Of a stretch of DNA of 64,000 bases, positions 41,886 to 54,136 are shown one piece after another; position 1 is the stretch's first letter, and every line of letters begins with the position of its first letter. The position numbers and the translations under genes were made by a program. The notes under the pieces were generated by a model. It was not told where the DNA came from, made no database searches, and worked only from the letters and a program-made list of their open reading frames with translations. The stretch covers positions 62,001 to 126,000 of the forward strand of contig LSRY02000008.1 in the NCBI GenBank assembly GCA_001643675.2. The letters are read 5' to 3'. Source of the DNA: Monocercomonoides exilis PA203 (lineage: Eukaryota > Protista > Preaxostyla).

Positions 41886-43548
41886 AGATGTTTTAATGTT
41901 GAATGCGAATGTTCAGAGGAAGTGGACAGGAAAAGAATGCGACACCCAACATCATTCAGAATGAGAAGTGAGAGTTGAAAAATTAGTTGTGAAAATGAGA
42001 TGATTATCAAAAAGATGAAAATGAAAAGAAAGACAAAGAGAAAGATAAAGTGAAAAATTAACAAATGAAATAAAACGTGAATTAATGAAAAATAAAAGAG
42101 GAAGATAAAGGATTGAAACGAAAAGGAACTATCCAGAACTTTGTTAACAACAAAAAGTGCTATTTATGAAGCATTATTTTTCATTTCAGCGATTCAAAGA
42201 CAATAAGTGCATTTCACTCAGAATTACAAACAGTGAAACAAACATTGCCTTTTTTGTTTGAAATAACGAAGGAACTAATGTTTTTTTGATAGATACAAAA
42301 TGAAGAAAAACAACTATTTTAAAAAAAATAAGAAATATCATTAGAAAAATGGCAGATAGTTGAAAATATTTATTTTTATTTCTCTATTTCACAATTTTTC
42401 GAAAAAATAAAAAATGATGGTTCTATCACATTTTGGTAATTCGTTTTTATTGATGGAAATAATATTTTTTAGTTGTGAAATGATTTCACGGGTTATTCTT
42501 TTTGAAATCATTGCTTAATTCGCTGTGTTGAATTTATAGCATGCATTTGGAGATGGCTGGATAACTATCATTTCCATATTTCATGAATTGCAATTGTTAC
42601 AAAAACATACGTTCGGGATGCATTCATGAAAGATTTTTTGTTGATGATGTTATCACTTTCCAATGTTCATTAACAAGAATGCAAAACAAATTTCAAAACG
42701 AAATAATGTAATAATAAAAGTGTGATTTCAATAATTATCACTCACAAAATTGCAAAAAAAAACACGTTGTTGACATTTTTGTTTGGAGAGTTTGCGTATT
42801 TGAAATGGTTAGTGAGAAAATGTTGGTGCTTCTTGCATAAATATGTATTCCTTTTATTTTGTAATTTCGATTTTAATAATGCTTGAATTATATCTCCATT
42901 TAATTTTCAGTGTGTAAAAATCATTTCGAAATCAAATGAAATTATTTTTCTTTTGAGCGATTGCTGATTTTGAAAATCAAACCTGTCAATCAATCAGATT
43001 TTGAAGAAATCAAGAAATAATCCATATTTCATCTCTGTGACCTGACAAATAACTTGAATACTCGCCCATCACTAAAAAAATTTTAAATAAAAAATAAATT
43101 ATCAAAAAAATAAAATTTTATTCAATTTGAATAGAATTAAATTAAAACAAAAAAAAGATTGCAAAAGAACTTCTAAAGACTTTTCAATGCACTTTGGAAA
43201 AGATTTGTTGATAGCGTCTGTTATATCTTGTCGTTTTTTCTCTTTTGTCAGTGACCGTCAGTGACGGTCAATGACAAATAGTGACAAAAATATTCCTCAA
43301 CTAACATTTAGTGTCAAAAAATTGAATATTGGGAACTTGATCATATTTATAAAAAAATTGATTTCTTCTTAATAATTAGAATTGTTGTATTTCGATTATC
43401 AAATTATTTTTTATTGTAATTAAGAATCGTGGAATTGTTAAAAATAACACTTTTTAACAAATCAAAATAAAACTTTTCAGTCATTTTGTCATTTTTTCAA
43501 TTTTCTCTTGTTATGTCACAGAGGGATAATCCATATTTGAAATTTTTT

Positions 43549-43773
43549 TTGAAAAGTTGCAGATGTTTAATTTTTTGGTTCATTGAATTTATTCATGTTT
43601 CCTTGAATTCTTGAAATAGAACTTCAAATTTTGAATAGAAAGCTGATAATTGAATATTGGAAAATTTTCATTGTCACAATGAGTTTGAGGGTTCTTTTTT
43701 CAAATGGAAAGCAAAACTTATGAAAAATGTCTATTTTCAATAAACCTGAAAACTAAACATTTGCAACTTTTCA
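43549..43773. repeat. Degenerate inverted repeat (about 39-bp arms), MITE-like
   Basis: TTGAAAAGTTGCAGATGTTTAATTTTTTGGTTCATTGAA versus the reverse complement of TTCAATAAACCTGAAAACTAAACATTTGCAACTTTTCAA, about 5 mismatches. Confidence 0.55.
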
Positions 43774-44067
43774 ATAAAAAAACACAAATTTACTTTTTTT
43801 TCCCATTGAAATTGGAAAAATTCTGAAAACAACTGACATTCATTTTATATTCAGGAAATTTTATGGTGTGTGCATAAACGCGCACACTTTTGTTGATTTC
43901 ATAGAAACGCCTTTTTAAAATCATTTTTATAAAGAAATATTGACAATTATTGATTTCAAACAAGAAATATCAATATAAATGAGTTATTAAGAATTGTTAT
44001 GATTGTTCATCTTATATTTGTTTCTTCTAATAACGAAAAACAATTTTTCATCTTTCTCTCTCTCTCT

Positions 44068-44068
<1 letters not shown>

Positions 44069-44101
<33 letters not shown>

Positions 44102-44148
44102 ATTTTTTGATTTTTTGATTTTTTGATTTTTTGATTTTTTGATTTTTC
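44069..44148 (+). repeat. poly-T followed by (GATTTTTT)n
   Basis: Direct reading. Confidence 0.85.
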
Positions 44149-45389
44149 CAGATGGAAGAAATGATAAAAGAAATGATATTCATAAACAAAAAAAGAAACA
44201 GCGAAACAGTTGAAATTGTATTAAAAGAGCATTATCGATGAAATCAAAAAAAGAATTTGCAGGAAAACAATGAAAGACCAAGATATTTATCTAAAGAAGA
44301 AGAAAAATAGAAATAAACACAATGTTCAAAATATTATTCATTGATAAATGATGATCAAAAAAATATTTGGAGATAAATGCGCACAACTGTTTATTGACTT
44401 TGGCAATCAAAAGAATAATCTTTTCATCTGATGCAAGAAAATTATAACCAAATAAATTCAATAATGATATTGATGTGAGAAATTCACAAAACGATTGAAT
44501 TCGTTGATCATCAAGCAGATAATAGCCTGATATCATGAAACCCTGTGAGATATATTTATAAAACTATTGAATGATAAGATATAGTGTGATGACGATATTA
44601 GGTTTCCAAAACTTTCAACATTCATTTCCAGACAAATCCGTGAATGCAAATCAATTCAGTTGTCTGAGTTGGCTCGTCGGAATTGTTTCTGTTCAATTTT
44701 TAAATCATTCATTGGCTTTTCCATATTATTATCTTCACCAACATTATCATAACGAGACTCTGAAACAGATAAATGAAGAAAATGAACAATGAAAATGTCA
44801 CAAAATAAACACAGTATTTCTTGAATACAAACGATTCACGTCCAAATCAAAGAAAATAGGATCGCAAACAACGAAGATTTTACAGAAGTTTATCGTTTTT
44901 ATGAGAGAATAATTAGATTTTGAATCAAATACTTTTTGCACAAGTGTATTTATAAGTTTTCACTAAATAACTAACACTTTATTTGGAATTAAAAAATCGA
45001 ATAATTTTGTGTTTTAATTTTGAGAAATGATGAATCATTAATCACACTTTCAATTTTCTTTTGAGTGTCAACTTATATTTTTTTATGATAACAACATCAA
45101 ATAATAACTAACCACTAATTTGGGCAAGTTCTTTTTTCTGATAATGCTATTCCAATTCTGAACAAATATTGCTTCATTCTCAAATTTAATTTTCAATTTT
45201 GTGCATTTGCATGTTCAATCTCTTGATAATTGGACTTCTCGCTTTTCCCAATACTCTGTTTGTGTTCTGAAAATTCAAATGAAAATCATTTTTTTTTTAA
45301 ATTCAATCAAACATTAAACTCATATAAAAAATAAAAATTACGTGGAAAACATTTGTTTGATCGAAAAATCATTGTAGAAAGAAGAGCTT

Positions 45390-46856
45390 GGTAAAAGCGT
45401 ACAATACGGTAATAAGAGATTTTTCATTTTTTTATCATAAAGGCAATTCTCTTTAATTATACAGTTGTTGTGTGGTGTTTTTTTTCAACGGAAATTGTTT
45501 GTAACAATAATATTATTTTTTGAAAAAACTTTCTTCTTCAAATATTTAAGGGTTTGATAGAAATAAAAAATGGAACTTATTCCTATTCATTTTGGAACAG
45601 AAAGCATTTCTGATCAAAATAATGTGTTCCATAATAATTATTCAACGTGGACTTAGTTTCTCACTCATATTCTGGAAAAAAAAGTCCCTATATGCCCAAA
45701 ACATCGAATCCAAAAGAATTGTTGTAAGACAGTATCTAACTACAGATTTTGGAAGGGCCCGAAATGCACAGAAAAAACATCAGTCAACAACAATACTATT
45801 TTTGAAAATATGAAGACTCCATTGGGAACAACATTCTTTATTTGTTAGTTCTCCTGGCTGAAAATTCCGATCACGACGATTTCAACTATTCTTGGAGTTA
45901 AAAAAAAGACAGTGGGATTTTGGGGGAGCGTCATTCGTGTGTGCTGTTCAAAATTATGGAATTCTACACAGAGAGTTGTTGGTGGAGAATGAAAGATAGC
46001 AGAAACAGATGAGGTGATATGGAGAAAGAGAAAATATGGAAGAGGGAGAAAGAAGGATCAGATATGGATTTTTGGAGGTGTTGAAAGGCTCGAAGGCGGA
46101 GGTGTAGGATCTCGGTTTATGACTATTGTGTCGAAGAGAAAAAGAAATACATTGATCCCTTTAATCCAAAAACACATTCTGCTGAAAACAACGATCATTT
46201 CAGACGAATGGAGAGCGTATTCATGTAATGAATAGATTGGATATGTACATCAAACCGTCTGTCATAAGAAAGAATATGTGAACAAAGAGACTCATGCATT
46301 CACAAACACGATTGAAGACCAATATCCACATTTAAGAGAATCATTTCCACGTTTTGGAACTAGAAAAAAGGATATTTCTGATCATATCACAATGGATTTG
46401 GTGAAATTCTCAATGAAATTGAGCTTTTTATACCTGATGCAGCATGTTTCAAAACATAAACCAGAAAAAGACACAGAAGATAAAGATGAAGATGATGAAA
46501 TTGTTAAAGCTATGCTTTTTATTGAAGATATATTGGGTTATGATGAGAATGAGACTGACAAAAAAATGGAAGAATATGATTCAGATGGTGCTGGCGATGG
46601 AGATTGTGCTTCCGAATATTCTCCATAATGAAAAATATATTTATCTTTCCATTAAATTTTTGAAAAAATTATTATTCATGTCAAAAATTTCACAGTCCCT
46701 ATTTAAATTTTAGAAAAATAATTTTTTGTTTTTTTTTTGTTCATAAACAAGTTTCGGTTCAAAACATACAACATCCTCATGCTTTGTTTGATATTTCCAA
46801 TGAATCTATTCCAAAAAATATCAAAAACTTACATGATCATATTGTTCCTTTTTGCC
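45390..46856 (+). mobile_element. Full-length decayed Merlin (IS1595/ISXO2-like) DNA transposon, 1467 bp
   Basis: TIRs GGTAAAAGCGTACAATA / GGCAAAAAGGAACAATA (13/17, GG termini). Perfect 8-bp TSD AAGAGCTT at 45382-45389 and 46857-46864. Confidence 0.9.
45570..46628 (+). pseudogene. Merlin/ISXO2-type DDE transposase pseudogene
   Basis: GGE*KIAETDEVIWRKRKYGRGRKKDQIWIFGGVER...RNTLIPLIQKHI...TIISDEWRAY...GYVHQTVCHKKEYVNKETHAFTNTIE, matching the ISXO2 family pattern. Upstream CPKH...KC zinc-ribbon remnant; stops and frameshifts present. Confidence 0.9.
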
Positions 46857-47948
46857 AAGAGCTTCAAATAAAACCTTTCAAATATGAAAAAAAAAATAAC
46901 GACTCAATTCTGAAGATGAAATATATTTTATGGGATAAAAACAATCATCCGTTTTGAAACTTTCCACATCAACGAAAACAATTCGTTCTTCAAATTTGGA
47001 AGAAATTCAATTTAAAACATGCATTTTGCATGCATTTTTTCATTATTTCTTCTTATCAGTTTCAATTAATATGGTTATTCACTTCTCCTTGAAAATTGAA
47101 CATTTTTATAAAAGTGTCAGTTATCTTTTTTATTCAGCAGATTTCACATTGGACTTTTGGAGGAAAAATGCACTGAACGTTATAATATCAACATTTTGAT
47201 ATTCTTTTTCACTCGATCCTCACTTTTTGACTTTTGATCTATCTATTTTCCATTTCACAAATATTTCATGTTGAACAACATAAATAAAGATATTTTTCTT
47301 GCCTTTTTTGTTTTCATTATTTTAGATGTTTGAAAATTCAAAATAAAAACAAATGAGAGTGGTGGAAGGAGGGAAGCTTGATCAAAGAGATCAAAGCTGA
47401 CATTACATAAAATGTTTTTAATAAAAAAATGATTTTTTCTCATCAAGAAATGATTTGAAATAAGAATGAAATTCAATTTTCAAATGAAAATTGTATAAAC
47501 TATCATCCTTACCCAAGTGTGTGGGTTTATACAAATGTGCTTGCTAACAACATGACTATGAGATTTCATCATTGAAAAAAGATTTGAAATCTTTATTAAA
47601 ATGTTTTTGAAAAACAAAAATTTTCAATTTCCTATAATTTCCATTCATTTGAACACAATTTGATTTTCAAGGATATTGCAGAATTGTGACGAAAATTTAA
47701 AAAAAAGCAAATTTATTCGATTTTCAAAAATCTGTAATAAAAAAGAGATTTCAGCACTAATATTAATAAAAAAAAATATATAAGAAATTCCAACACTTAG
47801 GTATCAATAAAACATCATGAACCTCTCCTTTTCTTTATGAGTGATTCATCATTCGAAGTTGATGTTCTTGTCAATTTAATCTCCAAAATCAAGTAATGCT
47901 GGGTGTGATCGACCAACTCATAATCAATTGCAGAAGCGAGTTTAAATG

Positions 47949-48945
47949 ATGAATCAACAAGCACAGAACGCATTTAATGCACAGCCTGCTGTGCAGCAAG
48001 GGGAAGGCGCATTTTCAGATCGAATAGTTGCGAAAGGTTTGCCATCCCAGGAGCTTTCGTTGTTTTTTCACAGCAAATGTGTTTAACGTTTGATTAATAA
48101 TTGGGTGTGCTTGCGACCTTCTTTGTGCGTGCGGATGGCCTGGCGCAGGAAGCGGGTGCTGGCAGCTGTCGTACATCTTGCTGCTGCTGGGGGTGCTGTT
48201 CACGGTCGGGACGGTGCTGATAACCGTTTTGCTGGGGGTTGCGTTTCTGGGGGTGTTTCTTGCGTTTGCGATTGTGTCGCTGGTGTTTGCACTGGTGCTG
48301 ATGTGCCAGGACAAGCAGGCTGTGCTTGTGGCAGACTTCCGGGAGCAGGTGCTGAGGATTGAGCAGCGGAGGACGTGTCTGCACAGCTGCTGCTGCTGCT
48401 GCTGCGGAGTGCGGAAGACGCGGCAGCAGCAGCTGCGGTTCGAGGAGATGTGCGGGGTGTTTGCATACCCGGTGTGCTGCTCGATGGGGCTGCGGGTGGT
48501 GAAGAAGAGCGGGGTGTTTGTTTCTGTGATGTCGACATTCTCGGCAGACGATGTGGAAAGGCTGAGCGGTGCGGTCAACGACTTTATCGCGCGCACTCGG
48601 CCGGGGGATGTGCAAGTGGCGGCGCAGTTCCACCAGATGGACCTGCTGATGCGGCGGGGGAACAGGGGAGGGGTGAACTATGGATCGCGGAGAGCTCTCC
48701 GCTCAGCCATGTTCCCGAACCAGGCGCCAGGATATGCACCAGGATACGCACAGGGATATACACCGGGATATGCGCCAGGGTACACGACTGGCGGGGCAGT
48801 TGTGCAGAACGTGTCTGCAGCATATCCAGCTGAGCCGGTGGCCAACATTGCATATTCGCCGCCAGCAATGCCAGAAGCTGGAGAGCTGGGCAAAGAGGCG
48901 CCTGCCCAGCCAACAAGCAACGAGCCGCCTCTGGTGCTGCCCTGA
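47949..48945 (+). CDS. Hypothetical membrane protein with Cys-rich segment and (Y)APG repeats; 5' exon structure uncertain
   Basis: GC-rich 255-aa ORF with a long hydrophobic segment, a CCCCC motif and GYAPGYAQGYTPGYAPG. Probable first exon from ATG 47949 with donor GT at 48037. Confidence 0.65.
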
Positions 48946-49258
48946 ATGCTCAAAGAGATTTCCTTTGTTTTATTGTTATTATTTTGCGTAGCGCACTTGT
49001 GACTACTAGTTTTGCGTTTTTGTGTTTTTCACGTTTTCGTGTTTGTCACATGTTTGATTTGTTTGTTGTCATTTCATTTATAAAAATGTTTTCATGCTTT
49101 TGTGTTGATGACGTTTTGAGAAACAAGCGGAAAGTGAGAGAAATGCCTTTGTTATTTTATTTTATTTTTTATTCTTGACTTTTTTTTTCATTTTTGTGGT
49201 GTGATTTTTTGATGGGAATTGGGAGAGAAAGAGAAAAGTATGGGGCAGAGAAGCAGAA

Positions 49259-50016
49259 ATGAAGCTGCAGCGGCTGATAGATTACGTGTTCGTTTTGTTC
49301 TTCGGGGTCAACCTGTTTTTTGTATGTTTTTGAGTGTGTTTGGGCCTGCGGGCCGATGAGCTTAACCTGTGTTTGGCGCAGATAACATATATTGTTGATT
49401 TCGAGCAGATTGCGATCAGAGACCCGTCGAACTTCGAGTACCCGCGGTGGCCTCCGAAGCGCTTGGTAGGTGTGGGTGCTTTGTTTTTTTCGGTGGTTAT
49501 GCAGTTCATTGTGATGTTTTGCGGGCTTTTTAAAACACATGCTGGGAAACTGGATGGGGGCGGCGCTGGGCAGACCTTGTGCACTGGTACGGGAAGAACT
49601 TTGACCCTCTGCTGATTGCGCGCCCGCCGTTCTGGATGACGACTATATGGGTGGATGCGCTGTTTTTCGGTCCGTTTTATGTTTTTGCGATATACGCGTT
49701 TGTGCGGAAGCGGGCGTGGATCCGGGATGTGAGCATCGTGTGGTCAAGCGCGCTGATCATCAACGTGCTGTGCATCCTGAGCGAGGAGGTGTATGGGGTG
49801 CACAGGCCGGAGAACTTGAGACTTGTGATTCTGCTGAACATGCCGTGGCTGGTGATGCCGGCGCTGAACCTGGTGCGGATGCTGCCGCGAAAGGACCCGT
49901 GGAAGGGAAGGAGCAGGAAGGCGAAAAGCGCGTCGTCGGTGCAGCCACAGGCGGAGCCGAAGGCAAAAGCGCAAACAGGCAAAAAGGGGAAAAGCAAGGC
50001 AAAGAAGCAGAACTGA
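49259..50016 (+). CDS. EXPERA-domain (EBP/TMEM97 superfamily) membrane protein, 3 exons
   Basis: Exons 49259-49321, 49382-49469 and 49574-50016 with GT-AG introns join in frame: MKLQRLIDYVFVLFFGVNLFF-ITYIVDFEQ...YPRWPPKRLV-DLVHWYGKNFDPLLIARPPFW...GPFYVFAIYAF...WIR...ILSEE...NMPWLVMP. Four TM segments and a Lys-rich tail. Confidence 0.85.
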
Positions 50017-50134
50017 GGGGCAGGACAGCGGCGGCAGTGGAGGTGTGTGCCGTGTGAGTGTTTTGTGTTTTTGTGCCCAATTCACCAAAGAAAACAAAGA
50101 ACAAGAAAGTGATTTTCCCTTTATTAAAAAACGA

Positions 50135-52891
50135 ATGGCAAATAATGAAAAAGGGCTGTCTGGGCCAGACGAAGTGATTTGGGGTGCTGAGTCCGGGCCC
50201 AACAAAAAGGAAAAGAAAAGTACAACGTCGACAGGTGAATTGGCCGAGGCAGCCTGCTTCGGGGCAGAAGCAAAAATGTGTTTTGAGTATTTGGAGGTGG
50301 AGAGGTGGCTGGTGGAGATGCAAAGGATGCAGCTGGAGAGGCAGCACAGGGAAGAAATGGAAGCGCTGGAGCAGCGCTACGAGGCGAGAAAGGCATTGCT
50401 GGAGCAGGAGTGGGCAGAAAAGATATCCGAATTTGAAAAAGAGTCGCGAGAAGTGCTGGAGGCGATTGATGTGTGTGCCAAAAGCAAAATATTTGCATCC
50501 TTCTTCTTTTTTGTATTTTGTGTGTGGGTGCACTGTCTGCTTTGTTTGTCATGTTGTTTTTCTTCTTCTTTTGTTTTATTCATAATTCAAATGCCAATCC
50601 GTTTGCTTGCATGCTTGTGCCTGCGAATTGATTTTTAATATCCAGGCCCACGAGCAAATGGATGCAAGCGGGAAGCGTGGGGAAGAAGAGGAAGAAGAGC
50701 TGGCGGTGGAAGAGGCGGTGCAAAAGCGAACAAGTGCGTTTCATTTTGTCTCATTTTCTGCAACGAATGAATTTCTCTTGCTGTAAATGTTTTGTTCGAT
50801 TTGGCTGCGTGTGTGGGGCGCATTTGGGATGGCGACTTTTTCGTGGGCGGATATTGACTGCTGGCTTTGCTGCTGCTGTTTTGCTTTGCGACTGATGACT
50901 CCAACTGGAAATAAGAAGGTTTGCTCAATCTTTTTATTTTTTTTTTTTTTTCGTTTCCAACACAACTACCATTCTTTAACGCTGCTTTTGGAATCTGACG
51001 CGGATTGGGTGCATTTGCAATTGCAGTGTGGCTGGAGGCGCGGAGCCTGCCAGTGAGTGGCGTGTTTGAGCCACTCTTATTTTTCGATGTGTTTTTTGGA
51101 CTGCCGACAAGCAGAGGCGCTGAAATTCTGGTTTCGATGCTGCGGCGGCTGGCAGAGCAGATCAGCGGAATGAGTGCGTCAGCAGCGCGGGGGGTTGTGG
51201 TGCCGTCTGTTCTGCACCATTTCGGGTGGATTCTGCGGAGATGCACAGCTGCGCAGCCGGCAGAGCTGATCTGCGGGGTGGTGGCGAAGGTGTTTGGAGA
51301 GGATGGGGAGGAGGAGGAAGAAGGAGAAGAAGAAAAGGGCTTTGACGAAGGCGATGGCAGCAGCAAAAGAGGCGATGAAAAAGTGCTTGTTGTTGCAGAC
51401 GAGATGTGTTGTGCCAGCAAAAAGGAAGAGCAGAGCAGCCATTATTCTGACACTCACGTCCAGCATTCTGCTTTGTCGGAGCATTGGCCTGTGCCGCTGT
51501 CTGTGTACCGCACACTTGGGCGCTCGCTTCTTCTGCTGATCAGAACACACGCAGGTGGCTGCTCTGAAGAAGGCAGAAGTGAAGATGGAAGAGAGGCAGA
51601 GAGAAAGGACGAGGGAGATGAGCCAACTTCGCAGCCATCATTGTCTTCGTTGAACATGTACGAGGCGCTGACAGCATTGGACGCGCTATTGAGTGCGAAG
51701 ATTGGAGTTGGGAAAGAGAACAAGGAGCAAGCAGAGGGGCAGGGGCTGTGGAGCGGGGTGTCTGTGTTTGTGTGGGACGGGCTGTATGAGACTGTGCTGC
51801 CGCTTGTGCTGCACCGGGAGGAGGATGTGAGCTGGCTGGCGCTGCGGATGGTGTACGACTGGGCAGACCGACAAAAGAGACGGCTGGAGCTTGTGACGAC
51901 AGCAGACATTGCAGAGTGGAGCGATGAGGAAGTTGCAGAGGGAGAAGAAGAAGAAGAAGAAGAAGAAGAGGAAAATGAAGCAAGGGATGAAGAAAAACAA
52001 AGGAGAACAGGCGAAAGCAGCAAGGAGACAGCCTTTTCAACTGCTTCAACTTGCAGTAACACTGTTTGTGGAACCGATGAAAACCACGTAAGAACAACAA
52101 CAATTCAGAGCAGTGCCAGCTTATCGGCTGCCTCGTGTCCTTCAGCCATTCATGCACAACAAGAGGTCGAGTGCGAAAACCTGTTTGCCCACAGCGCAAC
52201 AGCAGAGAATGAGCTGAGCAAGGGATGCGATGCCAGAAGGCGCGACTGCTGTGGCAGACAGAAAAGGGCAGGGCGCGCTGAGAGGCAGCGGAGGGGGCAC
52301 TGCCATCTGCCGTTTGTTGTGGCAGCAGGCGGGGTGGATGTGCTCATGGAGCATTTCGAGAGAGCAGAGGACAAGACGGAAAAGACGTGTGCTGGGTGCG
52401 TTGTGTGTCTGCTGTTTGACGAGCTGCCTCTTCCGCGCAGCTGCACATGCGTCGTGTGGCATTTGTGCAGCCAGCTGGAGGGGAACAGGAAGGGCAGGAA
52501 AGGAGGGGCAGAAGACGAAGAGGAATCGGAGAACGTAGAGGAAGAAGGCAGCAGAACATCAACGCTGTGCGAGATTCTGGATGCGCTGTGCTATGTGTGT
52601 GGGGCAGCAGAGAACCATGTGTATCTGCTGAAGAGCGGGGTGCATGTTGCGTGTGCTGCGCTGATGGTGCACCGATCGGCGTTTGTGGCGTCGCTGGCGC
52701 TGAAGGTGCTGGGGGTGCTGTTTGTGCGGGGAGGAGAGCGGACGCGGCGGTGCGTGTGCTGTGCGGTGGAGAGGAAGAAGCTGGTGGAGATTGTGCGCTC
52801 GAGCACAGAAGGGTTTCTGGCGACTGATGCGCGGCGGCTGCTCACTCTCCTGGACCTTCACGTGCAGACACGCCTTGGAAGAGGCAGATGA
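50135..52891 (+). CDS. Multi-exon hypothetical protein (N-terminal coiled coil, C-terminal ARM-like helices)
   Basis: ORF segments from about 50135 (MANNEKGL...coiled coil) and the 628-aa ORF 51005-52891, separated by T-rich intron-like DNA. Exact splice sites not resolved. Confidence 0.6.
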
Positions 52892-53206
52892 AACACATGC
52901 AGGAATTCGTCTCCACTGAAGGACTCGCTTCCCGCGCTTCGTGGTGAGCTTTTGGCTCAAGTGATTGTTCGACAAAATGATTCTTTTGCTGTTTGTGCAT
53001 TCTGATTGAGCTTGCTATTTTTCATTTCTTTTTGCTTTTTTGGTGTTGATGCGTTTGTTGCTTCATTGCGTGACATTTGCATTTATTTGTCCTGCGAATT
53101 ATTCATTTTTATTGTTTTCTATGGAAACCTTTATTAAATTATTGCTCTTCCGATTTTCATTTTCTTCTTCTTTTTTTCCTTAGTTTAGCTTCACTTCCCT
53201 CCGCAA

Positions 53207-53800
53207 ATGGACAGATGGATTACACTTACAGAGCAGGAGCGCATCAAAGGTAGTTGATTTTTGTTCTGCCGTTCAGCACTTTTAACTTTTTATTTTGGAT
53301 TCTTTATCTTTTTGCGTTGGACACAATGTGCCACATTTTTTTGTTATACCTCTAAAGGCCGGATATGCGACTTATGTCTTATTGGCCCGAGCCTCCTCTT
53401 TGAGAGCCGGCCGAACAGCGAGCTGTTTGAGAATTACACGCTTGTGGATGCAAATGATGCCTGCGACAGAAAAACAGCCAATACCACCATTTCTTCCACA
53501 GGCATTTGTGGCAAAGGCTTGCCCCATTTGAAGACATCAGCATCAGCCAGCGCAGCTGGAGATTGTTCGTCTCCGCTATTTTCGAGCAGAATCAGCCCAG
53601 AACGGCCAAACGGTGAGAACGAGCTTCTTCGCAGAGAGTCCCCCGCAGAGAAAAGCACAGACGACGAGGAGGGGGAAATAGAAGAGTCGGAGCTTGCAGA
53701 AATAGAAGAGGCGTTTTTCAAGATGCTTGACGAGATTCCAGCTGAGGCCAGAGCAGGCGAGGATGATTCGAAGGATAAGGAGGAGCCGAGCAAGGGCTGA
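53207..53800 (+). CDS. Hypothetical acidic protein, 2 exons
   Basis: Exon 53207-53249, intron 53250-53357 (GT..AG) and exon to TGA 53800 join in frame (MDRWITLTEQERIKG-RICDLCLIG...). Confidence 0.7.
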
Positions 53801-54136
53801 TTGGAGGTGCAATTGTTTTGCCTGCCAACTGCTCGCTGCACTCGCCAAGCACCGCTGCGATACCTGGCTGAAAGCAAGTTTTATGTCAAAATGCACTTTG
53901 AGAAATCGAATTGTTTGTTTGTGCCAAATGTGCAGCTTTTCTTTTTTGAATTGCTTTTTCTTCACAAAGGCAACAGCAAACACAGCATTTGTGCTCGACT
54001 CTAAAGATTTCTCTTTTGTTTGAAGGGGAAAAATAAAAAAAAAGAAAATAAAAGAAATAAAAAGTGAAAAGTGCAACATGAAGGCAAATCAAGAGAACAG
54101 CATTGGCTCAAATGCTTCTCAAAACAACAAAAAAAG

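Larger units (their letters stand above)
35411..42039 (-). repeat. Right arm (6629 bp) of large inverted duplication; unique spacer 34932-35410
   Basis: Junctions read directly: CACAAGCTTCAAATCAAAAC ends at 34931 and GTTTTGATTTGAAGCTTGTG starts at 35411. Outer ends: TCTTTGTCT at 28308 and AGACAAAGA ending at 42039. Confidence 0.95.
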
